NCBI GenBank assembly: GCA_030390025.1
Contig: CM059433.1
Location: forward strand, 19,904,001-19,968,000
Direction of reading: 5' to 3'
DNA: 64,000 bases
Source: Squalus acanthias
Lineage: Eukaryota
Position 1 is the stretch's first letter, and each line of letters starts with the position of its first letter. The notes below the pieces were generated by a model. The model saw nothing but the letters and a program-made list of their open reading frames with translations, searched no databases and was not told the origin of the DNA. The position numbers and the translations under genes are program-made. Of the stretch, positions 22,971 to 36,479 are shown piece by piece.

Positions 22971-24020
22971 CCAGACCTCATTACAGCCTTGCACAGAAGA
23001 GCTGAATTCCAGAGGTGAGGTGAGAGTGACTGCCCTTGAAATCAATGCAGCATTTGACCGCGTAAAATCGAAGTCAATAGGAATCAAGAGGAAAACTCTC
23101 CACTGGCTGGAGTCCTACCTAGCTCAAAGGAAGATGGTTGTGATTGTTGGAGGTTAATCATCTCAGCCCAAGGACATCGCTTCCGGAGTTCCTCAGGGCT
23201 GTGTCCTAGACCCAACCATCTTCAGCTGCTTCATCAATGACCTTCCCTCGTGGCAACACGGTGGCATAGTGGTTAGCACTGGTGCCTCACAGCGCCAGGG
23301 ACCCGGGTTCGAATCTGGCCTCGGGTGACTGTCTGTGTGGAGTTTGCACATTTTCCCCGTGTCTGCGTGGGTTTCCTCCGGGTGCTCCGGTTTCCTCCCA
23401 CAGTCCAAAAATGTGCGGGTTAGGTTGATTTGGCTATGATAAATTGACCCTTAGTGTTAGGGGGGGATTAAATATGTGGGGTTACGGGGATAGGATGGGA
23501 TATGTTAGGGGGAATTAAATACGTGGGGTTATGGGGATAGGGTGGGATATGTGTCGGTGCAGGCTCGATGGGGATTCTGTGTGAGAAAGCAGGGACAGGG
23601 TACTGGATTTGGATGATCAGCCATGATCGTATTGAATGGTGGAGCAGGCTCGATGGGCCGAATGGCCTACTCCTGCTCCTAGTTTCTATGATAAGGTCAG
23701 AAATGGGGATGTTCGTTGATAATTGCACAGTGTTCATTTCCATTCGCAACTCCTCAGATAATGAAGCAGTCCATGACACAGGCAGCAGACCTGGACGACA
23801 TTCAGGCTTGGGCTGATAAGTGGCAGGTAACATTTGCGTCACACAAGTACCAGGCAATGACTATCTCCAAGAAGAGAGAGTCTAACCACCACCCCTTGAC
23901 ATTCAACAGCATTACCATCATCGAATCCCCCACCATCAACATCCTGGGGGTCACCATTAACCAGAAATCTAACTGGACTAGCCACATAAATACTGTGGCT
24001 CCAAGAGCAGGTCAGAGGCT
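22971..24020 (+). mobile_element. Same LINE family, RT segment in opposite orientation
   Basis: VTALEINAAFDRV, GVPQG.VL, DLDDIQAWADKWQVTF; interrupted by a V-SINE. Confidence 0.85.
23252..23690 (+). mobile_element. V-SINE (HE1-like) with CR1 tail
   Basis: tRNA-like head, V core and CR1 3' tail. Confidence 0.92.
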
Positions 24021-24751
24021 AAAAATAAAAAATCAGGGAACGTGTCCCCAACCTGCCACGTACGCATCTGCCGCCATATTCATGGCGGTGGGTTATGAGG
24101 CGTGTCTGTGTCCCGTCTTGGAGAGGCGGGACCCTTCATTACAATATTTACATCGGGCACCCACAGTGCAGTTGGGAGCCTGATTTAAATTTAACAGCTG
24201 AGGCCGGGTTTCCCATGGCTCGAAAAACCCGGCAGCTAAATGGAGACGGGCGCTTACGGCTGCAGAAGGTAAGTGCCTTTTAGAGCACTGCTGGTGGGCC
24301 AAGAGGAGCAGGACTGCTCCCCCCGTCCCTCAAGCAATCCTTCGGCCTCCCTATCGTGACCTCTCCTTCCTGCCCTGATTGGCTGCCCCTCACTGACCCC
24401 CGTTCTCTAGCCGCCTGCCCTGCGATGGGGCGACCCCTCTCGCCCACTCCAAGCCTCGATCTCTCCCTCCCGCTTGCCAGGCTTCACCTCCGCCCCTCTC
24501 TCCAACCAAGCCCTGACATTTCCTGATTGATGGGGACTGTCCCCATTGGTCCCCAGCTGCAGGCTCCTGCCACAGGCTTTTTCGCCCGGCAACCGGCCAG
24601 CCTGTCAATTTGGTTGGCTGCCGGGCGGGAAATGGAACAAAAATTGAGAATAAGATCCTGCCATTAATGCAGGACCGCCACGTCCCCGGGATTTCCGGGT
24701 TTCTCCCCCATTACTGCACTCCCCCGCGCCTTCCCCGTAAATATCAGAGCC
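24021..24751. mobile_element. Harbinger-type MITE (family C)
   Basis: Shares aggtaagtgcctt...agcactgc.tgtgggcca.gaggagca with 37300-37350; right end aaatatcagagcc; left end unclear. Confidence 0.6.
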
Positions 24752-24812
24752 ACTATTTCCTCTGGTGAGGGAGTCCAGAACAAGGGGGCATAACCTTAAA
24801 ATTAGAGCTAGG

Positions 24813-26065
24813 CTTACATAGGATTACATAGGATATACGACACAGAAACAGGCCATCCGGCCCAACCAGTCCATGCCGGCGTTTATGCTCCACTCGAGCA
24901 TCCTCCCGTCTTTCCTCATCTAAATCTATCAGCATAACCCTCTATTCCCTTCTCCCTCATATGCTTGTCTAGCCTCCCCTTAAATGCATCCATACTCTTC
25001 GCTTCAACCTCTCCCTGTGGTAGCGAGTTCCACATTCTCACCACTCTCTGGGTAAAGAAGCTCCTTCTGAATTCCCTATTGGATTTCTTAGTGACTATCT
25101 TATATTGGTGGCCTCTAGTTATGCTCTTCCCCACAAGTGGAAACATTGCCCGGGATCTTACCTGAAGAGGCGCGTTGGGGGCGGGACTGCTGCCTTTCGG
25201 GTTCTAGTCCCGCCCCCAGCGACATCCGATGCACAGACGCTATTTTGCGTCAATTGGCCTTGTTAAGCCCGCCCTGCGGGCTTGCCGCCCAATTAAGAGA
25301 AAGCCGGTGTCAGATGACGTCAGTTGATGACGTGTCATCTGCCGGTTTTCTGAAAGGGGCCACCACCATTTCTTTTTGACAGATGATTTTTTCAGTGTTT
25401 GACAGCATTGAGGTGCTGTAAACACTGACAATCACTGTACAAAGGTGAGCCCTTGCATCCAGGCTTTCCAGTGACTGTCTCCTCAGGCTAAAACAGATGG
25501 CAGCTGCAGGTGAGGTTACAGAAGCGATCTGTCACTGGTGAGAGAGGTTCTCCCAATGAGGTGGGACTACAGAAACACTTCAATGCTTAACACGTACAGA
25601 AAATTCTAAACACATTAAAAATAACTTTCCCAACATTTTCTTACCTCTGCAACTCACAATGTCCCATTTGATCCTTCGCAGCACTTCTGCAGCTGTCATC
25701 TATACACAAACATTACAGTAGACCCACAGCACGCCACACTTACCCTGGCAGGACATCAGGAAGCCCACAGTAGAAGTGTCAAAATTGGAAAAAGCCTCTT
25801 AACTGCCTGTTAACTACCTGTTAACAGGCAGTTAAGTGGCTATAATCCTCTTCCTGCCGCTAGGAGTCGGGTCCCTGCGCAAATCGGGGACCCGACTCCC
25901 GGGAAGATTGATTGGAGGCGGGTTGGAAGCAGGTTCGGGAGCCGCTGCCAATCTTTTTGATTTTGCCAGCAGTCCCGCCTCCAAACCCGACCCCTGAGCG
26001 CTGGCAAAATCGCCCCCCATTCTCTCTTTATCAACTCTATCAAAATTTTTCATAATTTTAAAGGC
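24813..26065 (-). mobile_element. CR1 3' fragment split by a Harbinger element
   Basis: Near-identical to 52612-52990; removing the insert restores ggaaacattctctct. Confidence 0.88.
25148..26018 (+). mobile_element. Harbinger deletion derivative (about 0.87 kb)
   Basis: TSD ATT; TIRs gcccgggatctt / aaaatcgcccccc; the interior joins sequence like 4230-4350 to sequence like 5290-5360. Confidence 0.88.
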
Positions 26066-26504
26066 TGTTCAGGGGTGATCTCAGGAAGCACTTTTTCCAC
26101 ACAAAAGGTGGTGGAAATCTGGAACCATCTTAGTAATTATAGGATTTAGTGTTCTTTTAGCATTACCTTTGTGAGTTAAGTCAGGAGGACTTGATGCAAT
26201 AAAAGTTACTCTAACTTTTAAAGGGACACTGTCGTTATGAAAAATTGTTTGAAGGGAAAATACTTGAATTTATATAGTGCCTCATCATGTCTCTCAGAAA
26301 CATAAAGGGAAAATACACCATGTGCAACCACCTATATACGATGCAAGTTATATGTTGTGCAGGTCATTTCATTGTTAAATACATGTTATTCTAATACTGC
26401 TTTTTATTGATTCAGGCTGAACGACCTGTCAAAGTAAAAAAACAGTAATTACCATTGAGTGCTTCAGAATACCATGATTTTTTTTGGTGGGGAGGGGGAT
26501 GCGA

Positions 26505-26720
26505 AAGACAGGCACTTCTTCACACAAAGGGTAGTGGAAATCTGGAACTCTCTCCCTCAAAAATCTGTTGAGGCTAGGTCAACTGAAAATGTCAAAACTG
26601 AGATTGATCAAGTTTTGTTAGGCAAGTGTATTAAGGGTTATGGAACCAAGGCGGGTAGATGGAGTTAAGATACAGATCAGCTATGATCTCATTGAATGGC
26701 GGAACAGGCTCGGCAGGCTG
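26505..26720 (+). mobile_element. CR1 3' fragment
   Basis: FFTQRVVEIWNSLP. Confidence 0.8.
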
Positions 26721-28489
26721 AGATGCATTTTGATGTGAATTGCATGATTATGTTGAGTATTTTGGAAATTGTTGTTTACTGAACTGCTTTTTGCAAGAAC
26801 TATGCCCTTATCTATCAGGTTAGCAGTCTGCTGGAAAGAAATGCTTTATATATAATTGCTTCTAGATATTGTTGTATCTCCACACTTCATTGAATTGGGG
26901 CTCTGTATAATTACTGAAACAGCAATTCTCTGAGAGTGATGAATTGACTGTTCCATTCTTAAAAGCATTAAAGAATTTTATTAATGTTGGGAATGTAGGT
27001 TAGCTGAAAGTTTTCACATGCAAATGTTATGATGGTATCTTAATGCCTGGCACAGTCACCATTTATCAACACTAATCAGAAGGGTCATCTCAGGATGTCC
27101 TATAAACATATCCCAGAATGGGTTTAAGTGCTGTTTGAAAGGTTATCATCCCCTCACTCACAAATCATGCTACTGACTGGATTAAAAGTAGCAGTTGCTG
27201 TGATCTGACAGAAACTACCCTCTGCTCTTTTAATTGTATTATGCACACCCCTGCTACCTTGACAGGAATGAAGATATTTAATTCTGATAATTTTCCCAAA
27301 TTTGATTTTACAGGGGTATCCTTTCTCTGTTGCTTATTGGAGCTTATGAGATCTTTCTCAAAGCCAAGAGGTTTGTTTGGCATTCTTTGGTGGACTTCTA
27401 GATCTGTAGTGAAAACCCAATGTGCACAGCTATTGGTGTCACATTGAAATGGGCAGTATTGTATTTTTTTCTTGCTGAGGGAAAGAATATTCAGTAAATT
27501 GATACATCTTTCCTTACAATGCAGCAATTCTGTGATCTACAGTTGTACGTGCCCTGATATGTCTACAGACAATCCCTTTTAATGCTCCAGATTTTTTTTA
27601 TTGTTTGGTTTCATCAATTCCCCATCAGGCTCTCACTGGGACCTCTCTCCTTCAGCTGAGATGGCAGGACATCTGGCTGTTGCTGCTCAGTAATCTCCTA
27701 ACAGAAGGTGCACTTCTGCAGGGCAGGAGTGGACCTGCTAATTCCCTCTCCCCGCTCCCCTGTGAGATCACTGCAGCAATTTGTTTCAATCCAGCCAAGA
27801 AATGATAAATCCCATCTATTCAAGATGGTTGAGTTCAAATCTCAGGCAAATCTATTTGTTCTTGGGGCGCTTGGTTTGACCGTCCAGTGTTACTGCTGGA
27901 GCTATTGGGTGGGCCCTTTTTAAATGTTCTTTGTTATTTTTAATTTATCCTTTAATTTGATACTGGATTAGGTTTGGCTATATATATAATTAAAATGTCT
28001 GTGCCCAGTGCATATCCATCATGTCACACCTTTCAGTGACATCTTACCTCAAAGTGGAATTGGCTCAAATAACCCCTTATCAGTTTTGTTCACAGCTAGT
28101 TAATCAGATATTTGGTAAGTTAACAAAAACAGAAACAAGCACAAATGAGAAACAAGTAACCAGCCGTAAACTGAGCATTCAAAAGATAATAATAGCATTA
28201 TATCTTTCAGTATTAATAAAGTAAATAATAGTTTACTTTATGTTAGCGATGTCCACTTCAATAAAGTTGATGCGTTGCAGCGATGGGCGAAGTGCCGTCT
28301 TGCTTTGGTTGCAGTAAACATCCAAGTCCTGGATTACCCATGAGCTTTGCCATGGGAGGCCGACTTGTCTGTAATTTTAATTGCAATTATCTTGCCATTT
28401 CTCCTAGAGCAACTTAATTTTGCTTAGCATGGTTTCTGAATAAATGAATCAAAGAAGGGCAACTTTTGAAAAATAAAAGTAAACAGTTG

Positions 28490-28770
28490 GTTAAGGTGGG
28501 CAGTGGCTGAGCCACACAAATAACCAAGGTCCCAAGTTTGATTCCCAGTCAGTGGTGAGAGAGCAGATCCCAGACTAGGTGCTGCTAGTGGCGTTGTAAT
28601 TGGCCTCAGCATGCTGGAGAAATTGACCAGGGTCTCCTGCCCCTGATTTGTCCTCCAGTGCTTCCCGTGCAGACGTGGGTGAGGACCGTATCGGACTCTA
28701 TTATGATACCCCCTCCCCCACCCCCGCTAATGTTGAATAGTCTGCTGATACTCATTGTCTATGCTTAAAC
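28490..28770 (+). mobile_element. Degraded tRNA-headed SINE (family not identified)
   Basis: B-box-like caagtttgattccc; similar copies on the minus strand at about 42780-43160 and 33950-34090/35808-36100. Confidence 0.5.
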
Positions 28771-28915
28771 AGGAAAGGAGGATGGGAGGGAAGTTATTAG
28801 CAGAGAAAGGAGGGGTGGCGGGGAGGGGTGGGGAAAACCAAGCAATTTGCAATGATTCTTTTTAGATCAGATAAGTGGAACATTAATGCTCGCTCTTCAA
28901 ATACAAATACATAAT

Positions 28916-30125
28916 GGCCCAGATTTTGCTGGAGCAGGGCCTGTCACAGTGTCAGCCGTGGCTCAGTTGGTAGCACACTCGCCTCTGAGTCAGAAGGTTG
29001 TGGGTTCAAGTCCCACTCTAGGGACTTGAGCACATAAATCTAGGCTGACAGTCCAGTGCAGTGCTGAGGGAGTGCTGCACTGTCGGAGGCGCCGTCTTTC
29101 GGATGAGACATTAAACCGAGGTCCTGTCTGCCCTCTCAGGTGGACGTGAAAGATCCCAAGGCACTATTTCAAAGAAGAGCAAGGGAATTATCCCCAGTGT
29201 CCTGGCCAATATTTATCCCTCCAATCAACATAACAAAAAGAGATTACCTGGTCATTATCACATTGCTGTTTGTGGGCGCTTGCTGTTTGCAAATTGGTTG
29301 CCGTGTTTCCCACATTACAACAGTGACTACACTTCAAAAAGTACTTAATTGGCTGTAAAGTGCTTTGAGATGTCCGGTGGTCGTAAACAGCGCTATATAA
29401 ATGCAAGTCTTTCTTTATTGCTCTCATTGCATGCCCCAGTAATTACACTTTTTCTCTCACCCTTCAGTTCAAAAATGTTGCCCTGTTAGTTGCTGGAAGT
29501 GTGAGCTGATAATGGCGCGGTGAGGGCAACGACACATCTGGGATCGTGGTGAATGATGGGACCAACAGGGTATCTCCTTAACCAATGAGATATAAGAATT
29601 GAGAAAGAAACAAAAGAAGGACTGAGACGGAGGGTGAACTGCAGTCAAATCAGCTACAGAAAGAGAAATAAAGTGAGGGAAAGAAATTTTGATTGAGAGA
29701 AAAAAAGAGACAGAAAGGAAAATAAGAAAAAAATTAAAACAAACCTCTAACAACAATTTAGTACATGCAGGAATGAGACTCCACAGTTTAAACTGTGCCC
29801 TTTTTGGGCTGGTGAGGTTGATTGGCATTGCAGGAACATAAATTTCCTCATTAACAAGGTACTTGCGCTGTTAATTACCAGCCCTAACTTTCTGTGGCGA
29901 GTTTAATGTGCAAATGCAGCAATTTCATGAAACTCATGGGGAGGTTGACAACGAGATGCTGCTTTTGCGAGGCTAATGGCGGAGCGACACAAATCGTCCA
30001 GCAACTTGTGGCGATTCATAATTCACGGGATATCTCATTATCATCACAAGTTGCTGTCTGATTTACACACTAATAACAGCGATCACCATTAAACGCACCG
30101 TTATTTTGGCAGCAAATTCTGGGTC
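28916..30125. mobile_element. Harbinger-like family B element with nested Deu-SINE
   Basis: TIRs ggcccagattttgctg / cagcaaattctgggtc. Confidence 0.75.
28951..29415 (+). mobile_element. Deu-domain SINE (SacSINE1-like), full length
   Basis: A box tggctcagttgg, B box ggttcaagtcc, Deu core ggaggcgccgtctttcggatgagacattaaaccgagg, L2-like tail gcgctatataaatgcaagtc. Confidence 0.9.
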
Positions 30126-30674
30126 ATAGACTTATTGCAAACTGTTCGTGACCAATCGGTAAATATCTAGAGAACATTTAACATCTCAATATCTTGAAGC
30201 AAATTAGTTCAAATCACCTGAAAATTAAAAAAAATACAGTATTAGTCAGTTTTCAAACTTGAATATAATGGACAACAAGTGTCTGTCTCTCCCTTACGTG
30301 TTTGGCACTGTGTTATGTCCCAACAAGTTGCAGCACAGAATTTGTGCAGACGGAGCCTTTATTCAGATGAAAATCTATTCCTCAAAATTTCCCGAATTAA
30401 ATTGACATTTTTCATTCCAAGATGACAAGGGTGTGCATAATACAATTATTGAAACGAGTGGAGGACAGTTTCTGTCAAATCAGCAGCAAATGCTACTTTT
30501 AATCCACGCTGTAGTAATATTTGTTAAAGCTCCTGATCTAGGAGATGATAACCTTTCAGGCTGCACTGAAACCTTTTCTGGGACATGCTCCTCGAACACA
30601 CTGAGGTGACTCTTCTCATTAGCACTGACAAATGATGACTGCGGCAGCTGTTGAGATACGATCACAACAATAAC

Positions 30675-31650
30675 GGGCAGTGTCCTAGGCCCAACCATCT
30701 TCAGCTGCTTAATTAATGACCTTCCCTCCATCATAAGGTCAGAGGTGGGGATGTTCGCTGATGATTGCAGTGTTCAGTTCTATTCACAACTCCTCAGATA
30801 ATGAAGCAGTTCATGCCCGCATGCAGCAAGACCTGGACAACATTCAGGCTTGGGCTGATAAGTGGCAAGTAACATTTGCACCACACAAGTGCCAGGCAAT
30901 GACTATCTCCAAGAAGAACGAGTCTAACCACCTCCCTTTGATATTCCTTGCCATTATCATCGTCGAATCCTCCACCATCAACATCCTGGGGGGTCACCAT
31001 TGACCAGAAACTTAACTGGACCAGTCACATAAATACTGTGGCTACAAGAGCAGGTCAGAAGCTGGGTATTCTGCAGAAAGTGACTCACCTCCTGACTCCC
31101 CAAAACCTTTCCACCATCTACAAGGCACAAGTCAGGAGTGTGATGGAATACTCTTCACTTGCCTGGATGAGTGCAGCTCCAAAAGCACGCAAGAAGCTCG
31201 ACACCATCCAGAACAAAGCAGCTCGCTTGATTGACACCCCATCCACCATCTTAAACATTCACTCCCTCCACCACCGGCGTATCGTGTCTGCAGTGTGTAC
31301 CATCTACGAGATGCACTGCAGCAACTCGCCAAGGCTTCTTCGGCAACACCTCCCAAACCCACGACCTCTACTACCTAGAAGGACAAGGGGCAGCAGGCAC
31401 ATGGGAACACCATCAACTGCAAGTTCCCCTCCAAGTCACACACCATCTTGACTTGGAAATATATTGCCGTTCCTTCATCGCGCTGGGTCAAAATCTTGTA
31501 ACTCCCTCCTACCAGCAGTGTGGGAGTACCTTCACCACACGGACTCCAGTGGTTTAAGGCAGCGGCTCACCACCTTCTCAAGGGCAATTAGGGATGGGCA
31601 ATAAATGCTGGCCTTGCCAGCGACGCCAACATCCCATGAATGAATATGAA
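30675..31650 (+). mobile_element. 5'-truncated non-LTR retrotransposon (CR1/L2 superfamily), RT to 3' end
   Basis: FADD motif (ttcgctgatgat), QQDLDNIQAWADKWQVTFAPHKCQ, AQVRSVMEYS; intact tail. Confidence 0.88.
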
Positions 31651-31654
31651 AGAA

Positions 31655-31910
31655 AGCTTATATAGCACCTTTAACAGAAAAATGCCTCAAGGCACTTCAC
31701 AGAAGTGTAATCAGACACCGAGCCAATTAAGGAAATGTTAGGACGGGTGACTAATAGCTTGGGGTAGTTTTTAAGGAGTATCTTTAAGAAGGCGAAGCCA
31801 GAGTTGGAGGAACGCAGAGTTCTTGGTGGTTTGCAAGGCTTCCAGAGTTTACAGAGCTAGGAAGGGACGAGGTTTGAACACAAAGATGAGAATTTTAAAT
31901 TTGAATTTTA
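31655..31910 (-). mobile_element. Degraded L2 3' fragment
   Basis: Similar to 14350-14760. Confidence 0.6.
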
Positions 31911-34093
31911 AATTTCAACTGAGAAGCTCCCCTACAGTTCCAGCAAGGAAAATAATTAACTTTTATTTATAAGAATGGGCAGCCAATACTTCACCTAATT
32001 GGGGGAAAAATTGGCCTTACGTAAAATCTCGCCTCTCCTAAGTACCTCCTGCAAAATGTCTGTTGGTAACATCTCATTATTGTTTCAATCACTTCCCTTC
32101 CAATTGGAAATATGAAAGTGGCCAGCCAGTTCGCTTTGAAAATTATTTTTTGTAACTAAAATACAAACAAACATATGGAAGGTATGCCAGGCCTCTGCAC
32201 GCCTTCCTATTTATTGACATTTTGAGCGTGTAACCTGAAGTGCTACTTCAATAAAATTGTGTGAGTTGCTGCTACAATGCTTGTGAACCTGGTTAAGTGA
32301 CTTATGTTCAGCTGGCAGTCCTTCACCTGGCTCTCTACATGCTCACTTGTGTCTTTGTATCTTCACACCTTGCACCGGCCCAGATCTTATTCCCATGCAG
32401 TTTTGGATAGATGCTCTATTACCATCTTAGCGATATGAGCTCATTGTAGTTATCTCTGTCAGGTTTCCATGTGCAATGATGCACCTCTTTTTTGGCCAGT
32501 TTGCCTTCCCATTTCACATCTAATATCTGTTGTAGTTGTGCCAATGAGTTTGCGTATGTATCACTCAGGCCTTCAGGTTTCAGGACTCGTATCCAAACTA
32601 GTGTCTAACAATAGAAATGCTTGACAAATACGCTCCTTGAGTTCTATCAACTAAATTATTAAAAGCTTTGCATTCTATTTCTTTTCCTGCTGCTCTTTTC
32701 ATTAGCACTCACTGTGCCAGGCAGTGTGATACCATCACAACATTTACATCTGAGAACTCTCAGCTGTCCTACCATCCTAGCAAGAATAACATTTTTTATC
32801 ACTTATAAGAACAGATAACCAATTCTTTAGCCAATTGGCGAAGCTATGCAAAATCTTACTTTACCCAAATATCCCCTTCAACATGGCTGTTCATAATATC
32901 CCCTTGCCTTGTCATCACCACCCAGCCAATTCCCACACCAATGCAACACCCTCAGTGCCACTCTTGAGCGAGCTTTGAGGAAGTGCTGAAGAGTCAGACA
33001 TTGTAACTTGCATTTTGATTTTCTTTATTTCCCTGGGGTTTGATTTCCTCTTTGCGACATGCAGCAGAATCAGAAACCAGTTTCTGAAGAGCGAGTTTAC
33101 AATTTGCATACAGCACGTGTTGGGCAGCATCTGATCTCACACATGGTATGAACAGCCATTTTGATTGGTGTGGTGAAGCTCAGAAATTCTCAAGGTGACC
33201 CCAATCTCTTATCATTCTGTGGCAGAGTGTGTTTATCTATCAAAACAATATACTGTTGCACCATCCTGTCAGTCACTCATTCATTTGGAATACAGCCCCT
33301 GATGTTCATCATTGCAAATACTATTCCATCTTTCACCATTTGCACAGTCATTTCTCTTCTGACTGTCATCTTCGCCGGTTACCTCTTCCAGATGATCAGT
33401 GCACCAAAGAGGCTGCAATTGCAGCACTGATGCGCCCAGCTACGAAAGGCAAACCAATGTAACTCTCCACCTTTGACTCGAATACGCAGATGGTTTGATA
33501 GGTCTTTGAAACAATATAGCATTTTGAATAAAGTTTTCTCATGATCGATGATGAGTAGTGGCAGTTGGTTATGATGTTTTGATTACAGAAAACTCTTCAG
33601 TGGAACTAAGCATTCTGTCTTCCTGAAATGTTATAAACAGTTTTGACATTTCGAGCGCTGTAGATAAAGATAAAGTACTGTGTTTTCCGAGCCTTTCACT
33701 GTGAGAAAATTTATTTTCCTATTACAAATACAAGGAGCTGCACAGCTAGAATAGTGTGTTTGTTCCTGATACATAAGCTCTTCATAAACATCGGGCTCTC
33801 TTTGTCATCTTCAATATGTCAGTGAAAAAAGTGACGGCAACCGTAGAACGGAGAGAACAGGGATTTGCGCCAATATAGTTTAATTTTCTTCCAATAAACC
33901 TTTCGGATGATTTTGATTTGTATGCAGTAAGCTAGTCATGTTTTTGCAGCTCTCTGCTTCCTGACACCCACCCCCGTTGTTCCCTCCTCTACTGAAAGTG
34001 GTGACTCTTGCTGGGGTGCAGTTACATGGACCCTCGCAGTCCTCCTGCACCTAGTCCAGGAAGCCATTCCTCGTGCCTGAGTCCAGAGAGTTA

Positions 34094-35804
34094 GGCCGCG
34101 ATTTCCCCTACCTCGGTAGGTCTGGTGCGGTCGGTGGCGGGGTGCCATCCCGCTGCCGGCTCCAGCCCGCTGTTCAAAGTGATTTTATGTTGATTGGGCT
34201 TGTTAAGCCCGCCCAGCGCGTTTCCCGGCTAATTGAAGGAAGCGGCTCTGATGACGTCACTTGATGATGCGTCACCAGCTGGTTTCCTTAAAGGGACAAT
34301 GCGCAAATTGATTTTGACAGTTCTGTTGACAGCGTTCTACAACATTGAGGTGCTGCAAACACTAACAAGCACTGCACAGAGGTGCACAGCTGCACCCAGG
34401 CTCTCCCATGACTCCCTCCATATGCTTATGGAGGGAGTCACAGTACGCAGGGAGGTTCTCTTCCCTTCCAATGGGTGGAAGAGACCTCCCCAGGAGATCA
34501 ATGCAGCCTGGTTGCACATTGCACAGGAGGACACAAGCAGGGATGTTGTTAGGAGGACCTGGGTGCAGTGCCGCAAACCTTTCAATGATCTCAGTAGATC
34601 ATGAAACGTTACTGCAAAGCCACACTCAACCTCATCCTGCTGTGCCACTCATCACATCCCCATCACTCTGCCTTCCCTACCCTACTCCTGTACATCCTTA
34701 CTCACACCAACTTACCTTGCACCTCCACCCATCCCTCTCTATCTACATTATCACATCCCCATCTCACTAGCCACCCCTCACACTCAGCCTCATCCTTGTC
34801 CAATTTTACCAACTAACAACACACAAGGCACTTGGGTGTTTTATCCAATGTTCATGTGAAGTTTTTGTTAATGTGGTGTCAAACATTGAAATCTTTATTT
34901 TCAACACTTTGCATTCTTGGACAGATTTGTGTGCACCTTTGGAAGTGTCTTAGTGAGTTGTACTGAATGGTGAGACATAACGGTACCCCCCGCAATGGCG
35001 ATGAGTGTGAAAGGAACGGCTTGGGCATTGTAGGGATGCTTTATGGTGTTGGTGTTGGGTGGTGCCAACCTGGCACATCATGTGGCAGCCAGGGTGTACA
35101 TTGTCAAGTGAAGTAAATCTGGCTCTGGTGAGGCCATCCCTGGCATCCCAGGCAGCAATGTGGTTGGGTGCTGATGCCCTGTGTCCTGTGCAGCATCAGT
35201 TGGTTGCGGAGAAGGTTGGTGTTGTTGGTGCTGCTGGTGTGCCTGGTGCTGCTGGTGTTGGGGCTGATCGTGGTGGGAGTCTGAGAACCAAGGTGAGATC
35301 GTTTCAAGGTCACCGATGCTGATGGAATAAATGGCAGGTGAAGTTGAGATGACAGAAGCGATCTGTCAATGGTGAGAGAGGTTGTTCTAATGAGATGACA
35401 CGAGATACAGAGATTGCTGCATAAAGGTCAATCTGTCTTCCAAATGCAGTAAGCAACAGCTTCTGACCTTGGAAAGTGAACAGCTATGAAATGGAAGCTT
35501 TTATAGCAGATATCAAGCTGTTAGTTAAGAAATGATCCCATGCTGACACAACTCCCGACCTGCTCACCTGACGTAATCCCCAAAATCTAAAGGTGAACTT
35601 AAAATACTTTTGAAGTGCCTGTTAACAAGCTCTTAATCATCTAAATTGCCTCCCCCGCCGCTTGGTGTCGGGTCTGTTCAGTGATGACAGACCCGACATC
35701 TGGGAAACTAGCATGGCGGTGGATTGACCTGCTGTCAAAAAAACGTTTTTTCCCACCTGACCCGCCACCAAATGTGCCCGTTAACCCCCCGAAAAATTCC
35801 CCCC
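34094..35804 (+). mobile_element. Non-autonomous PIF/Harbinger element retaining Myb/SANT-like coding sequence
   Basis: TSD TTA; TIRs ggccgcgattt / aaattcccccc; ORF 34233-34604 ...AAWLHIAQEDTSRDVVRRTWVQCRKPFNDLSRS; colinear with 4029-5827. Confidence 0.9.
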
Positions 35805-36479
35805 TTAGTGTCGGCGGGCTATATGATCATTGGGATATCCCGGTTGTGGCCAATCACCTGCTATCCGCACACGTGCACTTTACAGCAGGGAGTTGTTCAA
35901 AAGCAATTAGGAGCAGGAACACTGGCTTATTTTTTCCGCCCCCTCGCCACCCCCCCCCGCCCCCCCACTCTCCCCCCCCCCTACCCCCGGCCACCCCACC
36001 CCCAGCCTCTTCCCCAAGCCTGGGAATACTATGGCTGTGATCAATTGACTCAGGACAGATGTGCGATTGAACTTGGGGCCTTCTTGCACTGTACAGCTTA
36101 GCTCTGTTCTGGATGGATTATTTGCTATGGAGTTTGCAGATAATTTCTTTGGACCCAGCAGTTTAGACCTGATCGTTGTATTCATACTCAACCAGAAAAT
36201 TCATTGCTCCAATATTACTTACACTTGCAGCAAAGTGTGCTTTGGAATGAACAGGACTAATTGGGACTGAAGAACAATAAGCAAATTACTATAAAATGAC
36301 ATTGATTTGAATTCACTTTATCTCCTAAAAATCCACAAATGGTAGCCTAATTGTTCGCTTTGATAATGTGCTGTAGCAAATTGTTGCAGTCGAAATAACA
36401 ATAACAACCTGCATTTAGATAGTAACTTTAAAATAGAAAAATGTCCCAAGGCGCTTATTATTAATAATAATGTCAATGG

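Noticed and set aside
28951..29025. tRNA gene
   Set aside because: It is a tRNA-derived SINE head continuing into the Deu core. The V-SINE heads are likewise SINE heads rather than tRNA genes.
33229..33462. Possible exon (ccag/ATGATCAGTGC...)
   Set aside because: The acceptor is plausible, but the peptide is unrecognisable and there is no canonical GT donor
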